A DNA stretch of 42,109 nucleotides, taken from the IMG/VR virus record IMGVR_UViG_2724679238_000007, positions 1 to 42,109 of that record; one strand, given 5' to 3'. Position 1 is the stretch's first letter. Each line of letters opens with the position of its first letter. The position numbers and the translations under genes were made by a program. Positions 17,471-27,106 of the stretch are shown here, piece after piece. The DNA comes from a virus (lineage: Duplodnaviria; Heunggongvirae; Uroviricota; Caudoviricetes). A model generated the notes under the pieces. That model did no database searches, was not told where the DNA came from, and saw only the letters and a program-made list of their open reading frames with translations.

Positions 17471-18667
17471 ATGAGTGATTCCAGCCAGCTTCACAAGGTT
17501 GCTCAAAGAGCAAACAGAATGCTCAATGTTCTGACTGAACAAGTACAGTTGCAAAAGGATGAGCTACACGCGAACGAGTTTTACCAAGTCTATGCGAAAG
17601 CGGCACTGGCAAAATTGCCTCTACTGACTCGAGCGAACGTTGACTATGCCGTAAGTGAAATGGAAGAAAAGGGTTATGTTTTCGATAAACGCCCTGCTGG
17701 CTCTTCAATGAAATATGCGATGTCAATTCAGAACATCATTGACATATATGAACATCGCGGAGTGCCAAAATACCGGGATCGCTACAGCGAAGCGTATGTG
17801 ATTTTCATCTCCAATCTTAAAGGCGGTGTGTCAAAAACTGTATCGACGGTTTCTCTGGCGCATGCAATGCGTGCTCACCCTCATCTTCTGATGGAAGATT
17901 TAAGGATTCTGGTTATTGACCTTGATCCGCAATCTTCAGCAACGATGTTTTTAAGCCATAAACACTCTATTGGTATCGTAAACGCAACATCTGCACAGGC
18001 TATGTTGCAGAATGTAAGCCGTGAAGAGCTGTTAGAGGAGTTTATTGTTCCTTCTGTTGTACCTGGGGTTGACGTTATGCCTGCGTCGATTGACGATGCC
18101 TTTATTGCATCCGATTGGAGAGAGCTGTGCAATGAGCATCTACCGGGTCAGAACATCCATGCTGTCCTGAAAGAAAATGTGATTGATAAGCTGAAGAGCG
18201 ATTATGATTTTATCCTCGTTGATAGTGGTCCTCACCTTGACGCCTTCCTGAAAAATGCTTTGGCCTCGGCCAATATACTGTTTACACCTCTGCCACCAGC
18301 AACGGTCGATTTCCACTCATCGCTTAAATACGTTGCCCGCCTTCCTGAGTTGGTGAAACTCATTTCGGATGAAGGCTGCGAGTGCCAGCTTGCGACTAAC
18401 ATTGGTTTTATGTCCAAGTTGAGTAACAAGGCAGACCATAAGTATTGCCATAGCCTGGCGAAAGAAGTTTTCGGTGGGGATATGCTCGATGTCGTCCTCC
18501 CTCGCCTTGATGGTTTCGAACGCTGCGGCGAGTCCTTTGACACTGTTATTTCTGCTAATCCGGCAACGTATGTTGGTAGTGCTGACGCACTGAAGAACGC
18601 GCGTATCGCCGCTGAAGATTTTGCAAAAGCAGTTTTTGACCGTATTGAATTTATCAGATCTAACTAA
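17471..18667 (+). CDS. parA: partition ATPase ParA (Walker-type, large N-terminal HTH form)
   Basis: 398 aa; deviant Walker A (NLKGGVSKTVS); N-terminus MSDSSQLHKVAQRANRMLNVL... matches P1 ParA as recalled. Confidence 0.95.
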   Translation: MSDSSQLHKVAQRANRMLNVLTEQVQLQKDELHANEFYQVYAKAALAKLPLLTRANVDYAVSEMEEKGYVFDKRPAGSSMKYAMSIQNIIDIYEHRGVPKYRDRYSEAYVIFISNLKGGVSKTVSTVSLAHAMRAHPHLLMEDLRILVIDLDPQSSATMFLSHKHSIGIVNATSAQAMLQNVSREELLEEFIVPSVVPGVDVMPASIDDAFIASDWRELCNEHLPGQNIHAVLKENVIDKLKSDYDFILVDSGPHLDAFLKNALASANILFTPLPPATVDFHSSLKYVARLPELVKLISDEGCECQLATNIGFMSKLSNKADHKYCHSLAKEVFGGDMLDVVLPRLDGFERCGESFDTVISANPATYVGSADALKNARIAAEDFAKAVFDRIEFIRSN

Positions 18668-18683
18668 GGAGTAAGAAAACGCC

Positions 18684-19685
18684 ATGTCAAAGAAAAACAG
18701 ACCAACAATTGGGCGAACCCTTAATCCTTCAGTATTAAGCGCATTTGATAGTTCCTCTGCCTCTGGTGATCGGGTTGAGCAGGTATTCAAGTTATCAACA
18801 GGTCGCCAGGCCACATTCATTGAGGAGGTAATCCCTCCGAACCGGGTAGAAGATGATACCTTTGTTGATCAGCATAACAACGGACGTGATCAGGCAGCTC
18901 TTACACCAAAATCATTAAAAAGCATCAGAAGCACCATTAAACATCAGCAATTTTACCCTGCAATAGGTGTTAGACGGACTACAGGGAAAATTGAAATTTT
19001 GGATGGTTCCCGGCGTCGAGCTTCTGCCATCTTAGAGAACGTAGGGTTGCGGGTTTTAGTCACGGACCAGGAGATCAGCGTTCAGGAAGCGCAAAATTTA
19101 GCGAAAGACGTTCAGACAGCATTGCAGCACAGCATTCGAGAAATAGGTCTGCGTTTGATGCGAATGAAAAATGATGGAATGAGTCAGAAGGATATTGCCG
19201 CTAAAGAAGGGCTATCTCAGGCGAAGGTCACGCGTGCTCTTCAGGCTGCGAGCGCTCCGGAAGAATTAGTCGCTCTTTTCCCTGTGCAGTCGGAATTAAC
19301 CTTTTCGGACTACAAAACGCTTTGCGCTGTTGGCGATGAAATGGGGAATAAGGATTTAGAGTTTGATCAGCTTATTCAAAACATATCCCAGGAAATAAAC
19401 GACATCTTATCCATTGAAGAAATGGCCGAAGATGAAGTGAAAAATAAAATCCTTCGCCTGATAACAAAGGAAGCCTCGTTACTCACGGATAAAGGCTCTA
19501 AAGATAAGTCTGTAGTTACTGAATTATGGAAATTTGAGGATAAAGATCGTTTCGCAAGGAAGCGTGTGAAAGGCCGTACCTTTTCCTATGAGTTTAATCG
19601 TCTCTCCAAAGAGTTACAGGAAGAACTTGACAGGATGATTGGGCATATCCTTAGAAAGAGCCTCGATAAAAAGCCGAAGCCTTAA
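18684..19685 (+). CDS. parB: partition protein ParB (centromere-binding)
   Basis: 333 aa; MSKKNRPTIGRTLNPS..., HTH region and C-terminal dimerisation region match P1 ParB as recalled; immediately followed by parS. Confidence 0.95.
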   Translation: MSKKNRPTIGRTLNPSVLSAFDSSSASGDRVEQVFKLSTGRQATFIEEVIPPNRVEDDTFVDQHNNGRDQAALTPKSLKSIRSTIKHQQFYPAIGVRRTTGKIEILDGSRRRASAILENVGLRVLVTDQEISVQEAQNLAKDVQTALQHSIREIGLRLMRMKNDGMSQKDIAAKEGLSQAKVTRALQAASAPEELVALFPVQSELTFSDYKTLCAVGDEMGNKDLEFDQLIQNISQEINDILSIEEMAEDEVKNKILRLITKEASLLTDKGSKDKSVVTELWKFEDKDRFARKRVKGRTFSYEFNRLSKELQEELDRMIGHILRKSLDKKPKP

Positions 19686-19687
19686 AC

Positions 19688-19775
19688 TTTCGCCATTGAA
19701 ATTTCATTTGTAACCATCTGTTTTTAAAGTAAATTCATCTAAAATTTCAAGGTGAAATCGCCACGATTTCACCTT
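19688..19775. promoter_or_regulatory. parS: parS centromere site (box B TCGCCA and box A ATTTCAC motifs flanking an A/T-rich IHF-type core)
   Basis: TCGCCA at 19690-19695 and 19758-19763; ATTTCAAGGTGAAATCGCCACGATTTCAC at 19744-19772, which I recall as the P1 parS right arm. Confidence 0.85.
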
Positions 19776-19830
19776 GGATTTTACCCTCCTCCCCTATCCC
19801 TACAAAAAATAAAAAATTACTTTTCGCGAG

Positions 19831-19858
19831 AAAGTCAACAAGTGACTTTTAATAAAAT
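19831..19858 (+). promoter_or_regulatory. candidate late promoter upstream of the head gene
   Basis: Inverted repeat AAAGTCA-acaag-TGACTTT followed by TTAATAAAAT with no recognisable -35; fits the general Lpa-type late promoter layout as recalled. Confidence 0.3.
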
Positions 19859-19908
19859 CTCTTCCGAAAAGGGATTCACACAAGTGCCTTGTGTTTAAGG
19901 AAGAGTAA

Positions 19909-21616
19909 CTTGAGTAACTTACGCGAATACCAGAATCGTATTGCAGATATCGCAAAACGCTCTAAAGCCGTTCTTGGCTGGGCAAGTACAGCACAGTTCG
20001 GTACTGATAACCAATTCATCAAAGATGATGCCGCGCGTGCCGCATCTATCCTTGAAGCTGCACGCAAAGACCCGATTTTTGCAGGTATCTCTGATAATGC
20101 CACTGCTCAAATCGCTACAGCGTGGGCAAGTGCACTGGCTGACTATGCCGCAGCACATAAATCTATGCCGCGTCCGGAAATTCTGGCCTCCTGCCACCAG
20201 ACGCTGGAAAACTGCCTGATTGAGTCCACCCGAAATCGCATGGATGCCACTAATAAAGCGATGCTGGAATCCGTCGCAGCAGAGATGATGAGCGTTTCTG
20301 ACGGTGTTATGCGTCTGCCTTTATTCCTCGCGATGATCCTGCCTGTTCAGTTGGGGGCAGCTACCGCTGATGCGTGTACCTTCATTCCGGTTACGCGTGA
20401 CAAGTCCGAAATCTATGAAATCTTTAACGTAGCGGGTTCCTCTTTTGGTTCTTATGCTTCGGGTGATGTTCTGGATATGCAATCTGTTGGTGTGTACAGC
20501 CAACTGCGCCGCCGCTATGTGCTGGTGGCAAGTTCCGATGGCACCAGCAAAACCGCAACCTTCAAGATGGAAGACTTTGAAGGCCAGAATGTCCCGATCC
20601 GCAAAGGCCGTACAAATATCTACGTAAACCGTATTAAGTCTGTTGTTGATAACGGCTCCGGTACTCTGCTTCACACATTCAATAACAAAGCTGGCGAACA
20701 AATCACTGTTACCTGCTCTCTGAATTACAACATTGGACAGATTGCCCTGTCGTTCTCCAAAGCGCCTGATAAAGGTACAGAGATCGCCATTGAGGCGGAG
20801 ATCAATATTGAAGCCGCTCCTGAACTGATCCCACTTATCAACCACGAAATGAAGAGTTACACCCTGTTCCCAAGCCAGTTCGTCATCGCGGCTGAGCACA
20901 CGGTACAGGCGGCGTATGAAGCACAGCGTGAATTTGGTCTTGACCTCGGTTCCCTACAGTTCCGCACCCTGAAGGAATATCTGTCCCATGAACAGGATAT
21001 GCTTCGTCTTCGTATCATGATCTGGCGAACTCTGGCTACCGACTCCTTTGACATTGCGCTGCCGGTTAACCAGTCCTTTGATGTGTGGGCAACCATCATT
21101 CGCGGCAAATTCCAGACGGTATATCGCGGCATTATTGAGCGCGTTCGATCTTCTGGTGCGATGGGTATGTATGCCGGTGCTGATGCGGCATCTTTCTTCA
21201 AACAGTTGCCGAAGGATTTCTTCCAGCCAGCAGAAGATTATATCCAGACACCATACGTTCACTACATTGGCACTCTGTTCGGTAACGTCAAAGTGTTCGA
21301 AGTACCAGAAGGTATTTGCACGAACCTGACCGCCGAAGGTATTCAGTTCAGCCCGATGGATGTGCTGTGCTACGTCCGTGATGAAAATCCGGGCAAAGCG
21401 GGCTTTGTGACTGGTGATGCAGTTCCAGCTATCCCATTCCAGCATCCAACCACCCCGGCACTGGTCAACCGAACCACTCTGTGGGGTTCGGCTATCAACG
21501 ATATGCATCCACGCAACGGTGCTGACTACTTCACCCGTGTAACTCTGACTATGGCCAAAAATGGCGGAATTAACTTCCTGACCGGTAACACGATTGATGC
21601 TGGTGACTCTGAGTAA
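19909..21616 (+). CDS. phage structural protein, probably the major head (capsid) protein
   Basis: TTG start preceded by AAGGAAG SD (the tracked ORF starts 20 nt earlier); about 569 aa; position next to par and before a sheath-like gene matches P1 gene 23. Functional call is positional. Confidence 0.5.
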
Positions 21617-21676
21617 TCAGAGGAAGCTCTCCGTTTAACATAGCGCCCCTGCGCGGGGCGCATAACAGGGAAAGTT

Positions 21677-23266
21677 ATGTCTCAATATTCAATTCAACAG
21701 TCATTAGGTAATGCATCCGGTGTCGCGGTTAGCCCGATCAATGCCGATGCGACGTTATCTACCGGTGCTACATTGAATAGCAGCTTATGGGCTGGTATTG
21801 GTGTATTTGCGCGTGGCAAGCCGTTTACTGTTCTTCCTGTTAATGAGTCCAATTACGAGGATGTTCTCGGCGAACCGCTGAAGCCATCTTCAGGCTCACA
21901 GTTCGAACCAATTCGTCATGTGTACGAAGCTATTCAGCAAACGTCTGGTTATGTTGTCCGTGCTGTTCCGGATGATGCAAAGTTCCCGATTATTATGTTC
22001 GATGAATCAGGCGAACCGGCTAATAGCGCGTTGCCATACGGTTCTGAAATTGAACTTGATAGCGGCGAAGCCTTTGCAATCTACGTTGATGATGGCGACC
22101 CATGCGTTTCACCTACGCGTGAGTTAACTATCGAAACGGCAACTGCGGACAGCGCAGGTAATGAACGCTTCCTTCTGAAACTGACCCAGACGACTTCGCT
22201 TGGTGTGGTTACGACTCTGGAGACACATATTTTATCTTTGGCGGAAGAAGCGAAAGATGATATGGGCCGCTTGTGTTACCTGCCTACGGCTCTGGAAGCC
22301 CGTTCTAAATATCTGCGTGCGGTTGTTAATGAAGAGCTGATTTCGACAGCGAAAGTAGCCAATAAAAAATCGCTGGCATTCACTGGCGGTACCAACGGCG
22401 ATCAGTCGAAAATCTCCACCGAAGCCTACCTTCGCGCGGTTAAAGTGCTGAACAATGCGCCGTACATGTACACCGCTGTTCTCGGTTTGGGTTGCTATGA
22501 CAATGCGGCGATTACCGCGTTAGGTAATATCTGCTCTGATCGCCTGATTGATGGCTTCTTTGATGTTAAACCGACATTGACATACACGGAAGCGCTGTCT
22601 GCTGTTGAAGATACCGGTTTACTTGGTACCGATTATGTAAGCTGTTCTTTCTATCACTATCCGTTCTCCTGCAAAGACAAATGGACCCAATCCCGTGTGG
22701 TCTTCGGTCTGTCTGGCGTGGCATATGCGGCGAAAGCTCGTGGCGTTAAGAAAAACTCCGATGTCGGTGGTTGGCATTATTCTCCTGCTGGAGAAGAACG
22801 CGCCATCATCGCTCGTGCATCAATTCAACCGCTGTATCCGGAAGATACCCCGGACGAAGAAGCAATGGTTAAGGGCCGCCTCAATAAAGTATCTGTCGGC
22901 ACCTCTGGCCAGATGATTATCGACGATGCTTTAACTTGCTGCACGCAGGATAACTATCTGCACTTCCAGCACGTCCCATCTCTGATGAATGCAATCAGCC
23001 GTTTCTTTGTCCAGTTAGCCCGACAGATGAAACACAATCCGGACGGAATTACTGAGTCTGGCCTGACTAAAGGTATGACCAAGCTTTTAGATCGCTTTGT
23101 CGCAGCCGGTGCTCTGGTGGCTCCTCGTGATCCGGATGCTGACGGTACAGAACCGTATGTGCTGAAAGTTACGCAGGCGGAATTCGATAAATGGGAAGTG
23201 GTCTGGGCCTGCTGCCCGACAGGTGTCGCCCGTCGTATCCAGGGCATACCGCTGCTTATTAAGTAA
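21677..23266 (+). CDS. phage structural protein, probably the contractile tail sheath
   Basis: 529 aa, good SD; size and position consistent with P1 gene 22. Confidence 0.5.
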   Translation: MSQYSIQQSLGNASGVAVSPINADATLSTGATLNSSLWAGIGVFARGKPFTVLPVNESNYEDVLGEPLKPSSGSQFEPIRHVYEAIQQTSGYVVRAVPDDAKFPIIMFDESGEPANSALPYGSEIELDSGEAFAIYVDDGDPCVSPTRELTIETATADSAGNERFLLKLTQTTSLGVVTTLETHILSLAEEAKDDMGRLCYLPTALEARSKYLRAVVNEELISTAKVANKKSLAFTGGTNGDQSKISTEAYLRAVKVLNNAPYMYTAVLGLGCYDNAAITALGNICSDRLIDGFFDVKPTLTYTEALSAVEDTGLLGTDYVSCSFYHYPFSCKDKWTQSRVVFGLSGVAYAAKARGVKKNSDVGGWHYSPAGEERAIIARASIQPLYPEDTPDEEAMVKGRLNKVSVGTSGQMIIDDALTCCTQDNYLHFQHVPSLMNAISRFFVQLARQMKHNPDGITESGLTKGMTKLLDRFVAAGALVAPRDPDADGTEPYVLKVTQAEFDKWEVVWACCPTGVARRIQGIPLLIK

Positions 23267-23275
23267 GGGAATACA

Positions 23276-24091
23276 ATGAGCAAAAACTTTTTTCAATCCG
23301 GGGCATTTTTGGGGAATGGCCTGTCCCGTTTCGCTTTAAACGCTGATCCGGTACAGCTGATGGAATCTGCCCGTGCAAGTGCCCAACCGCCAGTAGAACC
23401 GGAGATTAATAATAATCCGGAACCGGCGGCACAGATTAACGAGAATGTTCAATCTGACCCGGCCCCTGATCAAATCCTGGAGGGGAAAGACGGTAAAGAA
23501 TGGACTGTCGAACAGGCGCACCAGATGATTCTGGAAGCGGCAAATCGAAGTGCTATGCAGAATGCGTTGAGTAATGCGGCTGATGCCGTTTTCGCCTGGG
23601 CTGATAGCGGTGATCTGACTTTCGACTCTCTCGATGGTTTTGTTCAGGCTATCGCTGGCATCTCTGATGATGACGACTCCGAAGTTACAGAAGAACAGGA
23701 TGATGCCTATAACGAAGCATGGGCAAATGTTGCTGACTTCCTCGCAGCATGTGGTGTAGATGATGACCTGATCGAAGCATTGGCTGACGATGAAGACGAC
23801 GACGCAGCTGCTGATGTCGGTTCCGCTATTGCTGGTTTGGATAGCGATGACCGCGACGAACTGGAAGCTGCGTTTGTTGTTGCTGGCACTTCTGATGAAA
23901 TGCTAACCGAAGCATTTAAGAAAGTTGTTCGTAACGGTGAGATCAAACTTATCCGTAAACGCCTGCGTAAAAAACGTCTGACAGCGGCTCAAAAATCGGC
24001 GCTGAAAAAAGCGCGTCGTAAAGCCCAGACCGGTGCGGCAAAACTGGCCCGCAAAAAGTCAATGAAACTGCGCCGTAAGCGCCTCGGCTAA
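23276..24091 (+). CDS. hypothetical acidic protein with a strongly basic C-terminal tail
   Basis: 271 aa; Asp/Glu-rich middle (DDDDSEVTEEQDD..., DDEDDDAAADV...) then KRLRKKRL...RRKRLG; followed by a terminator. Confidence 0.5.
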   Translation: MSKNFFQSGAFLGNGLSRFALNADPVQLMESARASAQPPVEPEINNNPEPAAQINENVQSDPAPDQILEGKDGKEWTVEQAHQMILEAANRSAMQNALSNAADAVFAWADSGDLTFDSLDGFVQAIAGISDDDDSEVTEEQDDAYNEAWANVADFLAACGVDDDLIEALADDEDDDAAADVGSAIAGLDSDDRDELEAAFVVAGTSDEMLTEAFKKVVRNGEIKLIRKRLRKKRLTAAQKSALKKARRKAQTGAAKLARKKSMKLRRKRLG

Positions 24092-24098
24092 AGGAGGA

Positions 24099-24125
24099 GG
24101 CCGGAGAGCTCCGGCCTTTATCTTG
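24099..24125 (+). terminator. intrinsic terminator
   Basis: GGCCGGAG-agct-CTCCGGCC hairpin followed by TTTAT. Confidence 0.6.
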
Positions 24126-24126
24126 A

Positions 24127-24708
24127 ATGGCACCTATACCTTTTGGAGTTCACGGCCAGGCTGATGGTGTATCACCATGCCTGAAAGTTACTCTGACTAA
24201 CTCTAAGTATCAGGTTACTGGATATATCAGCCAGGGGGCGGCAATGAACATGGCCCAGAATTGGGAGGCTCCTTTTACTGGTATGTCCATGGGTTCTGTT
24301 GCTGGTGCCTTCAGTGGTTTTGCGCAGGTTGGTACTGAAACAACGTCGGTTGCCCGTTGGAACAGCTTAATGGTTTGGGAAGGGGGTACTCCGCCGACGT
24401 TCACGCTGCCAGTAACTTTCATTGCTTTATTTGACCCGTTTACGGAGGTTTCAGGAGCTATCGCCGCGTTGTCAGCGATGATTAGCCCGGAACTTAAAGA
24501 TGCCAGTATTGGTGGTCGTATCCCGGAGCGTGTGACGTTAAATATTGGTCGCCGGATCAACATCATTGATGTTGCTATCCAGGACCTAAGTTTCGATCTC
24601 GATGCGCCCAGGGACAGCAACGGGCATTTCCTGAAAAATACAGTCAACCTCCAGTTGACAGGTTCTTCGATATATAACAGCTCCGATATCATTCGGGCGT
24701 TCCAGTAA
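24127..24708 (+). CDS. hypothetical phage structural protein
   Basis: 193-aa ORF in the late structural cluster; an internal start (MNMAQNW...) is possible. Confidence 0.4.
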   Translation: MAPIPFGVHGQADGVSPCLKVTLTNSKYQVTGYISQGAAMNMAQNWEAPFTGMSMGSVAGAFSGFAQVGTETTSVARWNSLMVWEGGTPPTFTLPVTFIALFDPFTEVSGAIAALSAMISPELKDASIGGRIPERVTLNIGRRINIIDVAIQDLSFDLDAPRDSNGHFLKNTVNLQLTGSSIYNSSDIIRAFQ

Positions 24709-24719
24709 AAGGATTTTAT

Positions 24720-25229
24720 ATGGGACACAATAACACTAAGGGAAACCGTAAATTTATTAAGGGCCGCTATACTGCCAACGCGGCCAAAGGCGAACGACTG
24801 GTATCGTCTGAATTCCAGCTCACTTTTGCAGGCCATGAAGATATCAGCGTACTGGTTCGCACATCGCAAATCCCTGAAATGACCCGAGAGGATGTGGAAG
24901 ACTATGGTCCGAATGGTGTGAAGTTCAACCAGCACGGACCAATCCGTAACTCCGGGGAAATCCAGGTCCAGTGCGTGGAGACTATCGAAGGTGATATTCT
25001 TCAATTCATTAAAGATCGCATTGCGGCGAAGGACTATGTTGATATCACGATGGCTGCAACTCCTGAATCCAAATCCTCAGGGGTTAAAGCTGTGACAAAA
25101 GCTGCTACAACAATTGAAATGTTGGACTGCAAAATCTACAGTGATGCAATCGACTTTAGTACCGAAGATGTGACTGCCGCTGTGCGCCCGTCACTTCGTA
25201 TCGTCTACAACTGGATTGATTGGGATTAA
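24720..25229 (+). CDS. hypothetical phage structural protein (possibly tail tube-like)
   Basis: 169 aa, SD AAGGA; followed by a strong terminator; function is a guess from size and context. Confidence 0.4.
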   Translation: MGHNNTKGNRKFIKGRYTANAAKGERLVSSEFQLTFAGHEDISVLVRTSQIPEMTREDVEDYGPNGVKFNQHGPIRNSGEIQVQCVETIEGDILQFIKDRIAAKDYVDITMAATPESKSSGVKAVTKAATTIEMLDCKIYSDAIDFSTEDVTAAVRPSLRIVYNWIDWD

Positions 25230-25250
25230 GAGTCATCCCTTGTATTTTAA

Positions 25251-25275
25251 AGCTCCTTCGGGAGCTTTTTTTATA
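25251..25275 (+). terminator. intrinsic terminator
   Basis: AAAGCTCC-ttcg-GGAGCTTT hairpin followed by TTTTTTTA. Confidence 0.75.
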
Positions 25276-25400
25276 ACTATTTTATATAAAAATGCATCGA
25301 TAACATTGTCTGGAGTTTTATGTTAGATTATTAATGTTCTAATAAACTACAATTATTGAGGTAGATGTTTGTGCCTGTACTGTTAAAGGGGGACTCTAAA

Positions 25401-25997
25401 ATGGCTGTGATTCCAATGTCGTACTCCCCGGGCACTGTCGCTCGTCGATTTTCGATCCTGGACGGTGTAATCATCCAGGGGGTGCTTTACCAGGTTATAT
25501 GGGATTCCAAAACCCCATTTGCGGCTGTAATAGAGGCTGCGCCTTCTGTTATCGATGGTGATATGCGGCATAAGGTTGTCGCTACTCTTGAACTTCAACG
25601 TCGCCCGCAACTTGAAGGCGTACTGGTAAGGAAGTTCTGGGAGGATAGCGATGTTGCCCAGATTGAAGGTATCGTGGTTGATGGAACTGTCCGGGATGTC
25701 GGTTTAGCTACTTTTGTTTACGAAACCGTAGCCTCAAAAGCTGGTGTTGTTTTGCTCAGTGATAATGAGCAATACGAAGGTGGAAAAGCTCTTTGGCAAC
25801 ACATCGCCCGTCGCTCTTCCGAGCTAAAAGTGTTTATCCTCGACACCGATGCCGCTCAGTATTACCCGTTTGACGGCGAACGTGTTTGCTATGACGGGGT
25901 AAGTATTCCTGAATCCGAGATATGGAGTGAACACCCAGATCGAAGTAAGCATGGGGTTGTTCTGGTTGCTGAATCTATAACTGGAAAGGCGGCATAG
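25401..25997 (+). CDS. hypothetical protein
   Basis: ATG at 25401 with a G-rich SD; 198 aa; preceded by an AT-rich region containing a degenerate C1-operator-like core (TTCTAATAAA). Confidence 0.45.
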   Translation: MAVIPMSYSPGTVARRFSILDGVIIQGVLYQVIWDSKTPFAAVIEAAPSVIDGDMRHKVVATLELQRRPQLEGVLVRKFWEDSDVAQIEGIVVDGTVRDVGLATFVYETVASKAGVVLLSDNEQYEGGKALWQHIARRSSELKVFILDTDAAQYYPFDGERVCYDGVSIPESEIWSEHPDRSKHGVVLVAESITGKAA

Positions 25998-26184
25998 CAG
26001 TGCAGTAAAAAATTCCTTGCTCCTTGACAGAGGAGAGGATTAATCTAAGTACGCTAAGCATAGGTATGGCCCCGGTTAATGTTAAGCGTTGTGCGGGACG
26101 CATAATGTTTACTGGGGCTTTCTTCTATCTGCTTTTCGGGTAATACCTGAAGCTGATAGCCTCAAGCACACCGCAGCGGGTGTA

Positions 26185-26436
26185 TCAATGTCTGGTTTTT
26201 TTTCTATAGAAATCACCTGGAAGGGTGAATATCCACATCAGAAGACATGTTGCAGCAAACATGATCCCTAATGGCCAGAAGATGCCAAAAAAAATCATTA
26301 TCCAAAAACGAACCCACCAGGCCATTTCTGCATTGGCTCGCAAAATATATCGACTTAATGCGTATATCAGTCCACCAATTAGTATATAGATGGGAATAGA
26401 TGCCAGGATAGTCATCGCGTTAGTCTCAATGAGCAT
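26185..26436 (-). CDS. small Trp-rich integral membrane protein (hypothetical)
   Basis: 83 aa, two or three predicted TM segments; lies downstream of the lom-like terminator and would need its own promoter. Confidence 0.3.
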   Translation of the reverse strand: MLIETNAMTILASIPIYILIGGLIYALSRYILRANAEMAWWVRFWIMIFFGIFWPLGIMFAATCLLMWIFTLPGDFYRKKTRH

Positions 26437-26454
26437 AACGAATATCGCCAGAGC

Positions 26455-26486
26455 AATGTATAAATCCCTCTGCGCCGGGCAGAGGG
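26455..26486 (-). terminator. intrinsic terminator of the lom-like gene
   Basis: Perfect 8-bp stem CCCTCTGC/GCAGAGGG with a 5-nt loop, followed on the minus strand by ATTTATACATT; 9 nt after the stop. Confidence 0.6.
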
Positions 26487-26495
26487 ACTAAATAG

Positions 26496-27011
26496 TTAAA
26501 ATCGGTAACCGACACCAAGCATCCAAATGCTATTGCTTAGATCACCTGGTTTAGAACGTTCATACGAGAGATCAACAGCAAACTGCGGAGCTGGGTTAAA
26601 TTGAAGCCCAAGTCCATAAGCAAAATCGGTTCCAAAGCCAGCATATGACTGTCCATTCAGTTTTGCTGTTGCATCCGCATGGCTTAAACCCACCAAACCG
26701 TATGCACTCAGCAATTCATTGAATCTGTATGATGGACCAAAAGTAAATGAGGCATACTCAACCTTGGCTTTGGCGGCATTCCATAGGTTTGTGTTTGACT
26801 TTTCGTAAGTGACCGAAGCTAATCCACCCCACGTAGAATCCATTTCGTAGCGATATTTAATATTCACGCCTTTTGGATCTTTTATATCTCCGCCTTTAAC
26901 CGTTGCGCTTCCTTGGGCAAAGTCTAAGGAGAGTGTGTGCTGATATGCGGAGGCAGTCCCAGCAACCCCCAAGGCACATGCCAGAAGGGCCGTTAAAACT
27001 ACTTTTTTCAT
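26496..27011 (-). CDS. Ail/Lom/OmpX/PagC-family 8-stranded outer-membrane beta-barrel protein
   Basis: 171 aa; signal peptide MKKVVLTALLACALGVAGTASA; alternating amphipathic strands; C-terminal ...LGVGYRF ending in aromatic Phe. Confidence 0.8.
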   Translation of the reverse strand: MKKVVLTALLACALGVAGTASAYQHTLSLDFAQGSATVKGGDIKDPKGVNIKYRYEMDSTWGGLASVTYEKSNTNLWNAAKAKVEYASFTFGPSYRFNELLSAYGLVGLSHADATAKLNGQSYAGFGTDFAYGLGLQFNPAPQFAVDLSYERSKPGDLSNSIWMLGVGYRF

Positions 27012-27106
27012 GGAAAAAGTTACCTATAAAAACGTTAAAAATAATACTGGTGACAAAATAGTGTGTATTGAGCGTTAAATACACGTAAAGATTCTATCAT
27101 TCGCGA

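Noticed and set aside
20321-21508. Minus-strand ORFs of 192, 184 and 114 aa inside the head gene
   Set aside because: Fully antisense to a well-supported structural gene; no RBS. Similar antisense ORFs inside sit, the sheath gene (22954..23283) and the tail genes (24210..25004) were rejected for the same reason.
25335-25353. Additional C1 operator upstream of the 25401 gene
   Set aside because: Only the CTAATAAA core matches (about 12/17 overall); too degenerate to call.
26024-26052. Sigma70-like promoter (TTGACA with a downstream TAAGTA)
   Set aside because: The -10 candidate matches the consensus at only 2 of 6 positions and there is no convincing downstream gene on that strand.
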